A stretch of 64,000 nt of DNA from Thermovirgaceae bacterium (GTDB lineage Bacteria > Synergistota > Synergistia > Synergistales > Thermovirgaceae). This document shows positions 49,299 to 58,058 of the stretch, in pieces (positions within the stretch are counted from its first letter, which is position 1; every line of letters begins with the position of its first letter). The stretch is from NCBI GenBank assembly GCA_049974925.1, contig JBNGDE010000001.1:3502-67501 (forward strand), read 5' to 3'. Position numbers and translations under genes: made by a program. The notes beneath the pieces were generated by a model, which was not told the DNA's origin, ran no database searches, and saw only the letters and a list, made by a program, of their open reading frames with translations.

Positions 49299-50861
49299 AT
49301 GGGAATGAATATAAAGACCAAGCTCCGGGATTTTCACCAGGCACGGTGGGACGAACCGATCATATACGAGATTTCGAAACCGGGAGAACGGGGTGTGCTG
49401 GTACCGGAGTTTGATGGTGAAAATATTGATGTTCCTATCCCGGAAGGCCTGAAGCGAAGCGTTGAGCCCAATCTCCCCGAAATGGGCCAGATGCGAGTAT
49501 TGCGGCATTACCTGAGGCTTTCTCAGGAAAATCTCGGTGCAGACCTCAATATCGATGTAGGCCAGGGAACATGCACCATGAAGTACAGCCCCAAAATAAA
49601 CGACCAGCTCGCTTCAAATCCGAAGGTGACCGAACTGCATCCCTGCCAGGATGAGTCGACTGTTCAGGGAGTGCTTAAATTGATCTACGAGACGGATCTC
49701 TGTCTTCGGGAGATTTCCGGAATGGACAGGTTCTGCCTCCATCCAGGGGGAGGATCCCATGCGCTTTTGACCATTGCCTCGATCATCAGGAAATGGGTCG
49801 ACAGCAGGGGAGAATCGGATACCAGGGATGAAATCATTACCACGATTTTCTCTCACCCTTCAAATGCTGCGGTAAGCAAGCTGAAGGGCTTCAAAGTGAT
49901 TACCATTTATCCCGCAGAAGACGGACGACCGGACATCGAAGCTCTCAAAGCCGCCGTTTCTGAGCGGACCGCTGCACTTCTCATTACAAACCCCGAGGAC
50001 ATCGGGATCTATAACTCGAGGATCAAGGAGTTTACCGAGATTGTTCACGAAGCGGGAGGCATCTGCAGCTATGATCAGGCCAATCTCAACGGCATCATGG
50101 GGCTTACTCGCGCGCGCGAGGCCGGATTCGATTTTTGCTTTTTCAATCTGCACAAAACATTCTCCGCGCCGCATGGTTGCGGTGGCCCCGGTGGCGGCGT
50201 GGTGGGCGCAACGGAAGAAATGGCACGGTTTTTGCCCGTGCCGCTGGTTTCTTATGATGGGAAGGAAGACCGTTACTACCTTGATTACAACGTCCCGAAC
50301 ACCATCGGCAAAGTCAAGGATTTTTACGGTGTTGTTCCGGTCATTCTCAAAGCCTACGCGTGGATCCGCAGTCTCGGGGCCGAAGGCATTCTTGAGGCCG
50401 CAAAGGTGGCGGTGCTGAACAACAATTACATCTTCAAAAAGATCCTCGGCATCAAAGGATGCACGGCGCCCTACGCGGAAGGCGAGCTGAGGATGGAACA
50501 GGTTCGCTACAGCTGGGAAGAGCTGACCAGGGAGACGGGCATCTCTACGGAGGATATCCAAAGGCGCATGTTTGACTACGGAGTTCACTACTGGACAAGC
50601 CATGAGCCCTGGATCGTTCCTGAACCCTTTACCATCGAACCGACGGAATCCTACTCCAAGGACGAGCTCGACGAGTTCATCGCCATACTTGAACACGTGG
50701 CCAGGGAGGCCTATGAAGATCCCGAGACGCTCAAGACGGCGCCACACAAGAGTACTATTCACCGTGCGAATCATGACTACCTTGACGACCCGTCCAAGTG
50801 GGCCATAACCTGGCGGGCGTACAGGAAAAAATTCGACGGTTATTTCGAGCCGAAAAAATAG
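49299..50861 (+). CDS. Glycine decarboxylase subunit 2-like protein (divergent GcvPB paralog)
   Basis: RHYLRLSQ, CTMKY, ITNP, DQANLN, NLHKTFSAPHG (PLP Lys), LNNNY, IEPTES, APH. Confidence 0.87.
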   Translation: MGMNIKTKLRDFHQARWDEPIIYEISKPGERGVLVPEFDGENIDVPIPEGLKRSVEPNLPEMGQMRVLRHYLRLSQENLGADLNIDVGQGTCTMKYSPKINDQLASNPKVTELHPCQDESTVQGVLKLIYETDLCLREISGMDRFCLHPGGGSHALLTIASIIRKWVDSRGESDTRDEIITTIFSHPSNAAVSKLKGFKVITIYPAEDGRPDIEALKAAVSERTAALLITNPEDIGIYNSRIKEFTEIVHEAGGICSYDQANLNGIMGLTRAREAGFDFCFFNLHKTFSAPHGCGGPGGGVVGATEEMARFLPVPLVSYDGKEDRYYLDYNVPNTIGKVKDFYGVVPVILKAYAWIRSLGAEGILEAAKVAVLNNNYIFKKILGIKGCTAPYAEGELRMEQVRYSWEELTRETGISTEDIQRRMFDYGVHYWTSHEPWIVPEPFTIEPTESYSKDELDEFIAILEHVAREAYEDPETLKTAPHKSTIHRANHDYLDDPSKWAITWRAYRKKFDGYFEPKK

Positions 50862-50878
50862 GGGATCGTGCAAAAATC

Positions 50879-52003
50879 ATGAAGCGCCTCGGGTTGATCG
50901 TCAACCCCATTGCCGGCATGGGTGGTTCAGTGGGTCTCAAGGGGACCGACGGTCGGAACACCTATGAAGAGGCACTCCGTAGAGGAGCTGTCCCGCGAGC
51001 CGAACATCGGGCGCGAGACGCCCTCAAGATCCTGGAGGGTCACCGGGGTGACCTTGAGGTGGTGACCTGTGGCGGGCCCATGGGCGAAAAGATCGTCGCG
51101 GAAGCGGGGTTTGATTACAGGCTCGTTCTTGATCATTTCCTCCAGGGAGAATTTTCCACGAGCGAGGACACAAGCCGCGCAGCTTACCTGATGCTCAAGG
51201 ATGGTGTCGATCTCATCCTTTTCGCGGGAGGCGACGGAACCGCCCGTGACGTGTGCAAAGCCATCGGGACGTCCCTGCCCGCTTTAGGCATTCCGGCGGG
51301 AGTCAAGATTCATTCAGGTGTTTTCGCCGTCAGTCCCCAAAAGGCCGGAGAGATGGCGGTGGCGTTTCTTTTCGGCGGGGCAAGGGGACGGACAAAAGAA
51401 ATGGAAGTCATGGACATCGATGAAGACGCCTTCAGAAACGACCGGGTCCAGGCCAGACTTTACGGATATCTTGCTGTGCCCTGGGATCGAAGCAGGGTAC
51501 AGGGTTCAAAGGCCGGTTCCGCAGCCTCTGAGCAGTTTTCACAGCAGGCCGTCGCCGCAGATATTATCGAAAGAATGCTGCCGGAAAGGGTGTACATTCT
51601 GGCTCCAGGGACGACGGTTCGGGAGGTCGCACGGCGTCTTGGAGTCGAAAAGACGCTTCTGGGGATCGATGCCGTAAAAGATCACAAACTCCTGACGAAA
51701 GATCTGGACGAACGACAGCTTCTCGATCTCGTTGAAAGTCAGCCTTGTACGATTATCGTCAGTCCTATCGGAGGCCAGGGGTACATCTTTGGCCGTGGAA
51801 ACCAGCAAATCAGCCCAAGGGTTATCCGGGCCACGGGAAAAGAGAACATAATCGTGATCGCTACTCCTCACAAGCTAGCCTCCCTGAGGGGCAGACCGCT
51901 GTTCGTCGATACGGGAGACAGGGAACTTGACAGGCTGCTCAAGGGTCCATGGCCGGTTATAACCGGATACCAGGAAACGAGTATGTATCCCGTTGCTTTC
52001 TAG
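50879..52003 (+). CDS. ATP-NAD kinase family protein (COG3199 / AcoX-like)
   Basis: GLIVNPIAGMGG, FAGGDGTARD, GIPAGVK, EVMDIDE, PIGGQG, GRGNQQ, VDTGD. Confidence 0.85.
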   Translation: MKRLGLIVNPIAGMGGSVGLKGTDGRNTYEEALRRGAVPRAEHRARDALKILEGHRGDLEVVTCGGPMGEKIVAEAGFDYRLVLDHFLQGEFSTSEDTSRAAYLMLKDGVDLILFAGGDGTARDVCKAIGTSLPALGIPAGVKIHSGVFAVSPQKAGEMAVAFLFGGARGRTKEMEVMDIDEDAFRNDRVQARLYGYLAVPWDRSRVQGSKAGSAASEQFSQQAVAADIIERMLPERVYILAPGTTVREVARRLGVEKTLLGIDAVKDHKLLTKDLDERQLLDLVESQPCTIIVSPIGGQGYIFGRGNQQISPRVIRATGKENIIVIATPHKLASLRGRPLFVDTGDRELDRLLKGPWPVITGYQETSMYPVAF

Positions 52004-52023
52004 AAAGGCGCAGAAGGGACAAG

Positions 52024-52076
52024 AAAGGACGAAAGCGGCAGGCTGGCTGCTTTTGTCCTTTGCCTTTATTTTTTTT
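52024..52076. terminator. Terminator closing the gcvP-like operon (likely bidirectional)
   Basis: AAAGGACGAAAGCGGC...GCTGCTTTTGTCCTTT with a downstream T tract. Confidence 0.75.
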
Positions 52077-52083
52077 AAAGAAA

Positions 52084-52638
52084 TTACCCGGAACATTTCC
52101 TCCCGAGTCTTCTCGCCTCTTCAAGCCGGTCTGTTCCCTCGATGTCGTCAGGCCCATGGACGCCGGAAGCGTGAACCCTGCCGAGGATATTCATTCCCAA
52201 CAGGGCCGCCGACTTGTCCAGTGCAAAATCCATGCCCTCGAAGACGTCACTTGCAACATCGCCCGCGGCGGCAAGGAGGACGCAGCCCTTTCCCTTGAGG
52301 TTTCTGGACGCCTTGTCGGAAGCGTAGGGCAAAAGACGATCCCAGAGGGTCTTCATCTGGGCGCTCCAGGTGTACCAGTACAGAGGAGCCGCGAAGACAA
52401 GGACGTCGGCGTCGTCAATGGCCGCGTAAAGGGCGTCCATATCATCTTCCAGAATGCAGTGTCTTCCCTTCTCCCAGCATTTGCGGCAGTCGATGCATGG
52501 CTTGATGACCTTTTCAGCCAGGCGGACAACTTCGACATCAGCACCGGACTCACTGGCGCCTCCCGCAAAGGCCATAGCCATCTTTTCGGTATTTCCTTCC
52601 TTTCTGGGGCTTCCGAGAAAAAGAAGCATTTTCTTCAT
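52084..52638 (-). CDS. Flavodoxin family / iron-sulfur flavoprotein (NADPH-dependent FMN reductase fold)
   Basis: GSPRKEGNT, CIDCRKC...C, DDM, PLYW. Confidence 0.88.
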   Translation of the reverse strand: MKKMLLFLGSPRKEGNTEKMAMAFAGGASESGADVEVVRLAEKVIKPCIDCRKCWEKGRHCILEDDMDALYAAIDDADVLVFAAPLYWYTWSAQMKTLWDRLLPYASDKASRNLKGKGCVLLAAAGDVASDVFEGMDFALDKSAALLGMNILGRVHASGVHGPDDIEGTDRLEEARRLGRKCSG

Positions 52639-53540
52639 GATGCAGAAACCTCCTCGTAAAATTTTTTAAACTCATCGTGAATTTTGACGATCTCCCTGCG
52701 TACGGTGTCATCCACTGGTTCGAGCGGCGGCCTTGGCGGCCCGCCATAAAGCCCCGCGTGGTCCATGGCTGCCTTCAGACCGGGAACGCCGAAACGCTTT
52801 GTGACGGCCTGGTTGATGTCAATGAGTGCGAGCTGCAGTCGACACGCGAGGGCGATGTCTTTACTGGAGAAGGCGTCGAAAATGGCGTGACAGGCTTCGG
52901 GAAAGATGTTGGCGACACCCATGGTCGCTCCGTTGCATCCGACCGAGAGAGCAGGGAGCAAAAAGCTGCCGGATCCGGCGAACACGCTGAAATCCGTTGC
53001 GGCGTTTTTGCATATCAGCGCGATTTGGACAATGTCTCCGGAACTGTCCTTGATGCCTGCAATGTTCTCGTGATGCGAGAGCTCGGTGGCGATGCTCCAG
53101 TCAAGGTTCCATCCTGTATTTGCGGGCATATTGTAAAGTACGACGGGAATGGGCGAAGCCTCGGCAATATCGGTAAAATATTTGATAACGACGTGACGAG
53201 AGTTCTGGCCCTTATAATAATGCGGAGGGAGGACAAGAACGGCGTCGCAGCCCGCCTCGGCAGCGGCGAGGCTTAGTTCGGCGGTTTCTGAAGTGGATGC
53301 ACAATGGGTGCCGGCAATGATCGTGAATCTTTTACCAGAGAGCTTGGTGCTCGCCTTGAAGAGCTCGACTCTTTCTGAAAAACTCAGGAGGGGCCATTCG
53401 CCGTTCGAGCCCGCGATGACGAGACCGTCGAGGGATGTGCCTTTCCAGTGGAGGATGTTTTTTTCGAGGGCGTCATAATCGATTTTCCCATCGGGAGAAA
53501 AGGGTGTCGGAATGGGGGCGAACATTCCCTGTAGTATCAT
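52635..53540 (-). CDS. DapA-family aldolase, 4-hydroxy-2-oxoglutarate aldolase-like
   Basis: GSNGE instead of the DHDPS GTTGE, YNMPANTG, IKDS, AVTKRFGVPGLK, GLYGGPPRPPL. Confidence 0.8.
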   Translation of the reverse strand: MILQGMFAPIPTPFSPDGKIDYDALEKNILHWKGTSLDGLVIAGSNGEWPLLSFSERVELFKASTKLSGKRFTIIAGTHCASTSETAELSLAAAEAGCDAVLVLPPHYYKGQNSRHVVIKYFTDIAEASPIPVVLYNMPANTGWNLDWSIATELSHHENIAGIKDSSGDIVQIALICKNAATDFSVFAGSGSFLLPALSVGCNGATMGVANIFPEACHAIFDAFSSKDIALACRLQLALIDINQAVTKRFGVPGLKAAMDHAGLYGGPPRPPLEPVDDTVRREIVKIHDEFKKFYEEVSAS

Positions 53541-53697
53541 GGTTACACGTCCTTCCAGTGTTTGGGTCTTGCTGCCCGAGGCCCAGGGCTCACAGGGCGG
53601 AATTCAAGAATAGCTGCTCGCGGGAACTGTTGCAAGGAAAAGGAGCCGGGAGATAATCTGTTCTGGGGATGGCCGGACATCTTTCCTGGAGGACAAC

Positions 53698-54630
53698 ATG
53701 AGTGAGATACGGGTCGGAACATGTTCCTGGAGCGACAAAAGCCTTTTGTCAAGCGGATGGTACCCTGCACAAGCAGGCGATGCCGCCTCAAGACTGAGAT
53801 TTTACGCGAACCATTTCGATACCGTGGAAATTGACAGCAGCTTTTACGCCATTCCCTCGGAGGCTGTGCTCTACCAGTGGGTTTCAAGGACTCCGCCGGA
53901 TTTTATCTTCAATATGAAGTCCTTTGGGCTTTTCACCCATCATGCTGTGTACACGGCGTCTCTTCCGCCACGATTCCGGAAGGAGGGCCAAAAAGGGCGA
54001 ACCCGCCTTCGGGACCTGCCGAAAGAGTACAGAAGAGAACTCTGGGACATTTTTTATGAACGGGCGATGGTGCTTCACCGGATGGGCAGGCTGGGATACC
54101 TGTTGTTTCAGTTTCCGCCTTTTTTCGACTACGGTGAGGCATCCCTTGACTACATCAGGAGACTGGCTGGAATCAGCAGGCCCATGAGAGTGGCCATAGA
54201 GGTGCGTCATCGCTCGTGGATGGGAAAGGGGCAAAAGGAAAGGTTTCTTGATTTGCTTCGAGAAGAAAACATGGCCTATGTTGCTGTGGATGAACCACGC
54301 CTGCTTTGGACGGTCCCCTTTGAATGGCATGTTACCGCAACTTGGGCGACGGTCTTGAGGCTGCACGGAAGAAACAGGGGCGGGTGGATCAAAAAAGGAG
54401 CCACTGTGGCCGAGCGTTTTGCATACCGGTATGATCCCGAAGAGCTCGCGGTCTTTGCGGAGGAGGCAAAGCGTCTTGGTGGTTCTACGGGGCGGGTATT
54501 CATCATGTTCAATAATTGTTTCCGTGATTACGCCGTGAAAAATGCTCTCCAGATGAAAGATATGCTCGGGTTGGGAAGAGATATTCCTTCCGGCGACCAG
54601 AAGGCTCTTGATTTGGAAGAAAATCCCTAA
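53698..54630 (+). CDS. DUF72 (YecE/YunF family) protein
   Basis: VGTCSW, FDTVEIDSSFYAIP, LLFQFPP, IEVRHRSW, VDEP, RLHGRN, FNNC. Confidence 0.92.
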   Translation: MSEIRVGTCSWSDKSLLSSGWYPAQAGDAASRLRFYANHFDTVEIDSSFYAIPSEAVLYQWVSRTPPDFIFNMKSFGLFTHHAVYTASLPPRFRKEGQKGRTRLRDLPKEYRRELWDIFYERAMVLHRMGRLGYLLFQFPPFFDYGEASLDYIRRLAGISRPMRVAIEVRHRSWMGKGQKERFLDLLREENMAYVAVDEPRLLWTVPFEWHVTATWATVLRLHGRNRGGWIKKGATVAERFAYRYDPEELAVFAEEAKRLGGSTGRVFIMFNNCFRDYAVKNALQMKDMLGLGRDIPSGDQKALDLEENP

Positions 54631-54652
54631 ATAGGCACTGACGCCGCAGGAG

Positions 54653-55636
54653 GTGAAACCCGTGAATATTCTTTTCGGCGGTAAGGCCTTCGAAAGACTG
54701 TTGCCTCATTTTAAACCTTTGCTGGAGGGACACAGGCTTTTCGTCGCGTCGTCCGCCGACGAGCTGCAGGAGCTGGTGAAAGATGCGGAGATTCTCGTCA
54801 CTGGTCCGATACCTGTTACCGAAGAGTTACTGGCCAAGGCGCCCGAGTTGAGACTTGTCCAGCAATGGGGGGTCGGTGTCGACACAATAGAAATCGAAGC
54901 CTGTTCCAAAAGGGGTATCTTCGTAGCCAATGTTCCCTCCCGGGGGACTGGAAACGCTGAGGGTGTGGCCGAAATCGCCGTCCTTCACATGCTGATCCTG
55001 GCGCGGAGATACGCAAAGGCGATGCAAAACATCCAGAAAAGGCGTCTTTATGCCCCCCAGGGGATCTCCCTCTGGGGGAAGAAAGCTGTCGTGATAGGGC
55101 TTGGAAACGTCGGGCAATGTATCGTGGAACGCCTGCGAGGTTTCGGGATGCGGATTGCCGGAGTCAACAGGACCAGACGACGGGAGCACGAAAAGCTTGG
55201 TCTCGATGGCTTTTACGGATTGGATGACCTGAAACCGGCACTGGACGCAAGCCGTTTCGTCGTGCTTGCCCTGGAGCTGAATGAGGCTACGCGGGGTTTT
55301 GCCGACACGAAATTTTTCGGCTTTCTTCCCGAAAAGAGTTTTTTTGTGAATGTGGGACGGGCGGGACTGGTCGAAAGAGCGGCCCTTGAAGGGGCGCTGG
55401 AAAAGGGTATTCTGGCGGGAGCAGGTCTGGACGTTTTCTGGGATGAACCCGCAGATCCCGAAGACCCTCTGCTTTCGGACCCGCGGGTTGTGGTCACTCC
55501 CCATATCGGTGGAATAACCGACGTTGCCTTTGAAAAGATAACGTCCTTCGTGGTGAAAAACATCCAAAGAGTTGTATCGGGGAAGAAACCGGAATCACTG
55601 CTGAACCCCCAGGCATTGAAAGGACCTGAAGAATGA
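54653..55636 (+). CDS. D-isomer-specific 2-hydroxyacid dehydrogenase
   Basis: GVGVD, VAE, GLGNVG, VNVGRAG, LDVFWDEP, TPHIGG. NRT after beta2 suggests NADP(H). Confidence 0.9.
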   Translation: MKPVNILFGGKAFERLLPHFKPLLEGHRLFVASSADELQELVKDAEILVTGPIPVTEELLAKAPELRLVQQWGVGVDTIEIEACSKRGIFVANVPSRGTGNAEGVAEIAVLHMLILARRYAKAMQNIQKRRLYAPQGISLWGKKAVVIGLGNVGQCIVERLRGFGMRIAGVNRTRRREHEKLGLDGFYGLDDLKPALDASRFVVLALELNEATRGFADTKFFGFLPEKSFFVNVGRAGLVERAALEGALEKGILAGAGLDVFWDEPADPEDPLLSDPRVVVTPHIGGITDVAFEKITSFVVKNIQRVVSGKKPESLLNPQALKGPEE

Positions 55637-55862
55637 CTGCAGCTGGCGGAACCGCAAAGCGGGTACCGGAGATCGCAGGGAGGACGAAAACCGTTCTTTT
55701 CGACTTTGAGCGGGAATCCCGTGCTTTGCCATGGCAACAGGTTTCACGGGGACCGATGTTCTTGTTCCCTCCGGTCCCATGAGTGTGTTTGACTCGTGTC
55801 TGGAAATCGAAACCTTGTTCAAGATGGAAAAAACCGAAAGGGCTCGCGTTCGGAATGAATGA
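55633..55862 (+). pseudogene. Internally deleted HAD hydrolase (phosphoglycolate phosphatase-like) remnant
   Basis: ATG overlapping the upstream stop reads ...KTVLFDF (HAD motif I). From 55710 another frame reads AGIPCFAMATGFTGTDVLVPSGPMSVFDSCLEIETLF, a typical HAD C-terminus. Confidence 0.7.
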
Positions 55863-56799
55863 TGACAGGCAGGAGTTCAGAAAGCGGTTTTTGAGAGTTG
55901 TCTATTTTCTTTGTGTCCTGTGCATTGCCGGGGCGGCGATTTTCATCTATGGCGCCTGGTGGAAAAGATACCTGGGGCAGAGGCCGGGCGTGGTGGTGGC
56001 TGAACCTTATGTTCACAGTGACCAGATTCCTGTCGAGGCGGCCCTGCTCTGGCGGGAACAGGTCGTCAAAACACCTTTCGCCGGGCGCGTCCGGTATCCG
56101 GGGGGCCAGGGTCCGTTTTTCGCGGCGGCAAAGGATATGATAGCCACGGTTTCTGCCCCCAAAGGAAAGACCTATGCCTTGCAGGTAGAGAAACCGGGCT
56201 TTTTTCTTGCTGCTTTGGATGGTCTTGAAGGGCAATGGAACTACAATACCCTTTGGCGAGGATCAGCGCGATTTCCGGAGATACGACCCCTCAAATTTAT
56301 CCCCGATGGAGCAGTGCTCGAAAAGGGGGATGATATCGGGAAAATGATCTATCAGCCGCAGTCACTCAGGGCTGTAATCTACGTCCAGGCGGTTCCCGGG
56401 CTGAAGGAGGAAATAGCCGACCAACGGTTGAAGCTCAGGAAAACGAAGGAGGACTTACCCTTCGAGGTGGAAGTCCGTGCGTTCAAACAAATGGGACCGA
56501 TGGTGAAATTGTACTTGACAATTCCTTTTTTTCCGAAAAAGACGGTGCTATCAAGAAAAGAAGACTTTTTCCTGTATCTTGGAGAAAAAAAGGGGGTTGT
56601 CGTCCCTGAAAGTGCCGTTACGACCAAAGAAGGGCGTCTTTGGGTCTATGTTGTAAAGGGCGACACGTCCGTGGCAAGGGAAATCAGGGGAATCCCCCTG
56701 CAAAAAGAACGTTTCCTCGTTACCGACGGACTGGCCCCCGGGGAGATCGTCCTTATTGAGAGCGCCAAGGGAAAGGAAGGAGTGGTCAGAATATGGTAG
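55855..56799 (+). CDS. HlyD/RND periplasmic-adaptor-like membrane-anchored protein
   Basis: N-terminal TM, REQVVKTPFAGRV, PG...LDGLE, GVVVPESAV...VYVV...GLAPGEIV. Lies upstream of yggS. Confidence 0.65.
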   Translation: MNDDRQEFRKRFLRVVYFLCVLCIAGAAIFIYGAWWKRYLGQRPGVVVAEPYVHSDQIPVEAALLWREQVVKTPFAGRVRYPGGQGPFFAAAKDMIATVSAPKGKTYALQVEKPGFFLAALDGLEGQWNYNTLWRGSARFPEIRPLKFIPDGAVLEKGDDIGKMIYQPQSLRAVIYVQAVPGLKEEIADQRLKLRKTKEDLPFEVEVRAFKQMGPMVKLYLTIPFFPKKTVLSRKEDFFLYLGEKKGVVVPESAVTTKEGRLWVYVVKGDTSVAREIRGIPLQKERFLVTDGLAPGEIVLIESAKGKEGVVRIW

Positions 56800-57500
56800 C
56801 TCCCTTGTCTATAGCCGAAAGGATTGCAACGATAAAAAGCGATATCGACGACATGCTCTTTCGCTCCGGACAAACGAAACGGCATGTACAGATCGTCGCC
56901 GTGACAAAAACACGTTTGGTGGAGGAAATGATAGAAGCCGCGCGGGCGGGTGTTGACGCCATCGGGGAGAACAGGGTTCAGGAAGCCCTCGGCAAGTACG
57001 CGAAATGGCCCGAAGACCTTCGCGTTCCATGGCATATGGTCGGTCATCTGCAGAGAAACAAGGCGCGAAAGGCCCTTGAGATTTTTTCCTGCATACAAAG
57101 TCTTTCGCGGAGACGTCTTGCAGATACGCTTCAGCGGCTTTTGGAGGAATCGAACAAAGACTTGCCGGTATTGATCGAAGTCAATATTTCGGGCGAAGAA
57201 TCGAAACACGGTGTTGATCCGGGTATGGCTGAAGGTCTGGCAGAGTATGTGCTTGGCTCATGCAGCAGGTTGAAGCTGGAAGGACTGATGGGGATAGCGC
57301 CCTTCACGCAAGAAGAAAGAGCAGTCCGGAATTCCTTCGCGAGACTCAGGATCCTGAGGGACGAACTTCGAACACGGATTGGTGTCCCGTTGCCTACGTT
57401 GTCCATGGGCATGAGTGGTGATTACCTGTTGGCAGTTGCCGAGGGGAGCACCATGGTGAGGATAGGTTCGGCCATTTTCGGTGGCCGGAGAGCCCGATGA
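56793..57500 (+). CDS. yggS: PLP homeostasis protein YggS
   Basis: VAVTK, GENRVQE, WHMVGHLQRNK, EESKHG, LSMGMSGDY, VRIGSAIFG. Confidence 0.96.
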   Translation: MVAPLSIAERIATIKSDIDDMLFRSGQTKRHVQIVAVTKTRLVEEMIEAARAGVDAIGENRVQEALGKYAKWPEDLRVPWHMVGHLQRNKARKALEIFSCIQSLSRRRLADTLQRLLEESNKDLPVLIEVNISGEESKHGVDPGMAEGLAEYVLGSCSRLKLEGLMGIAPFTQEERAVRNSFARLRILRDELRTRIGVPLPTLSMGMSGDYLLAVAEGSTMVRIGSAIFGGRRAR

Positions 57501-57542
57501 CGGCGCATCAGGGGGGAAAGGGAGCGAAAGGTGTGATCAGGT

Positions 57543-58058
57543 GTGGGAGAAATCCTGACGGTTCTCGATATTGAGACGGTGTCTTTCAACAAGACGCTCA
57601 GGGGATACAACCCCGAGGAAGTTGAGGAATTTCTTGAAAAGGTAGGTGAATCATTACAGGCTTATTCGGAAAAGGTCAAGGGGCTTGAAACGCGTTTGGC
57701 TCATATGGAGGACCAGCTGAAGGAGTATCAGGAGATCAAGACATCCTTGCAGGATGCCCTTGTCCTGGCCCAGAAAAGTGCCGAAGAACGGGTTTCCAAT
57801 GCGGAGAACAAGGCCGAAGTCATCCTGGCGGAAGCGGAGGCAAAGGGTCACAGGATCATTATTGAGGCGAAGGAACAGGCGGATTCATATAAAAGGGATA
57901 TAGAGCGCCTGAGACAGGTACGGTACCAGTTTATCGCTGAATTCAAGGGACTTATCTCGAAATTCGGTTCCATGCTGAATGCCCTTGAGACATCGCAGGT
58001 TACAGAGGAACAACGCGGCAAGAAGTCGGAGGAACACTTCGAGGAGCAGGTGCGTTGA
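57543..58058 (+). CDS. divIVA: DivIVA domain protein
   Basis: LTVLDI...FNKTLRGYNPEEVEEFL followed by a coiled coil with LVLAQ. Confidence 0.88.
   Translation: MGEILTVLDIETVSFNKTLRGYNPEEVEEFLEKVGESLQAYSEKVKGLETRLAHMEDQLKEYQEIKTSLQDALVLAQKSAEERVSNAENKAEVILAEAEAKGHRIIIEAKEQADSYKRDIERLRQVRYQFIAEFKGLISKFGSMLNALETSQVTEEQRGKKSEEHFEEQVR

Noticed and set aside
47874-50861. Annotation as ordinary gcvPA/gcvPB glycine dehydrogenase
   Set aside because: Key motifs are replaced and gcvH/gcvT are absent, so gene symbols were withheld.
52635-53540. Annotation as dapA (DHDPS)
   Set aside because: GSNGE and PANTG replace the DHDPS GTTGE and PxRTG motifs, and no lysine-pathway genes are nearby.
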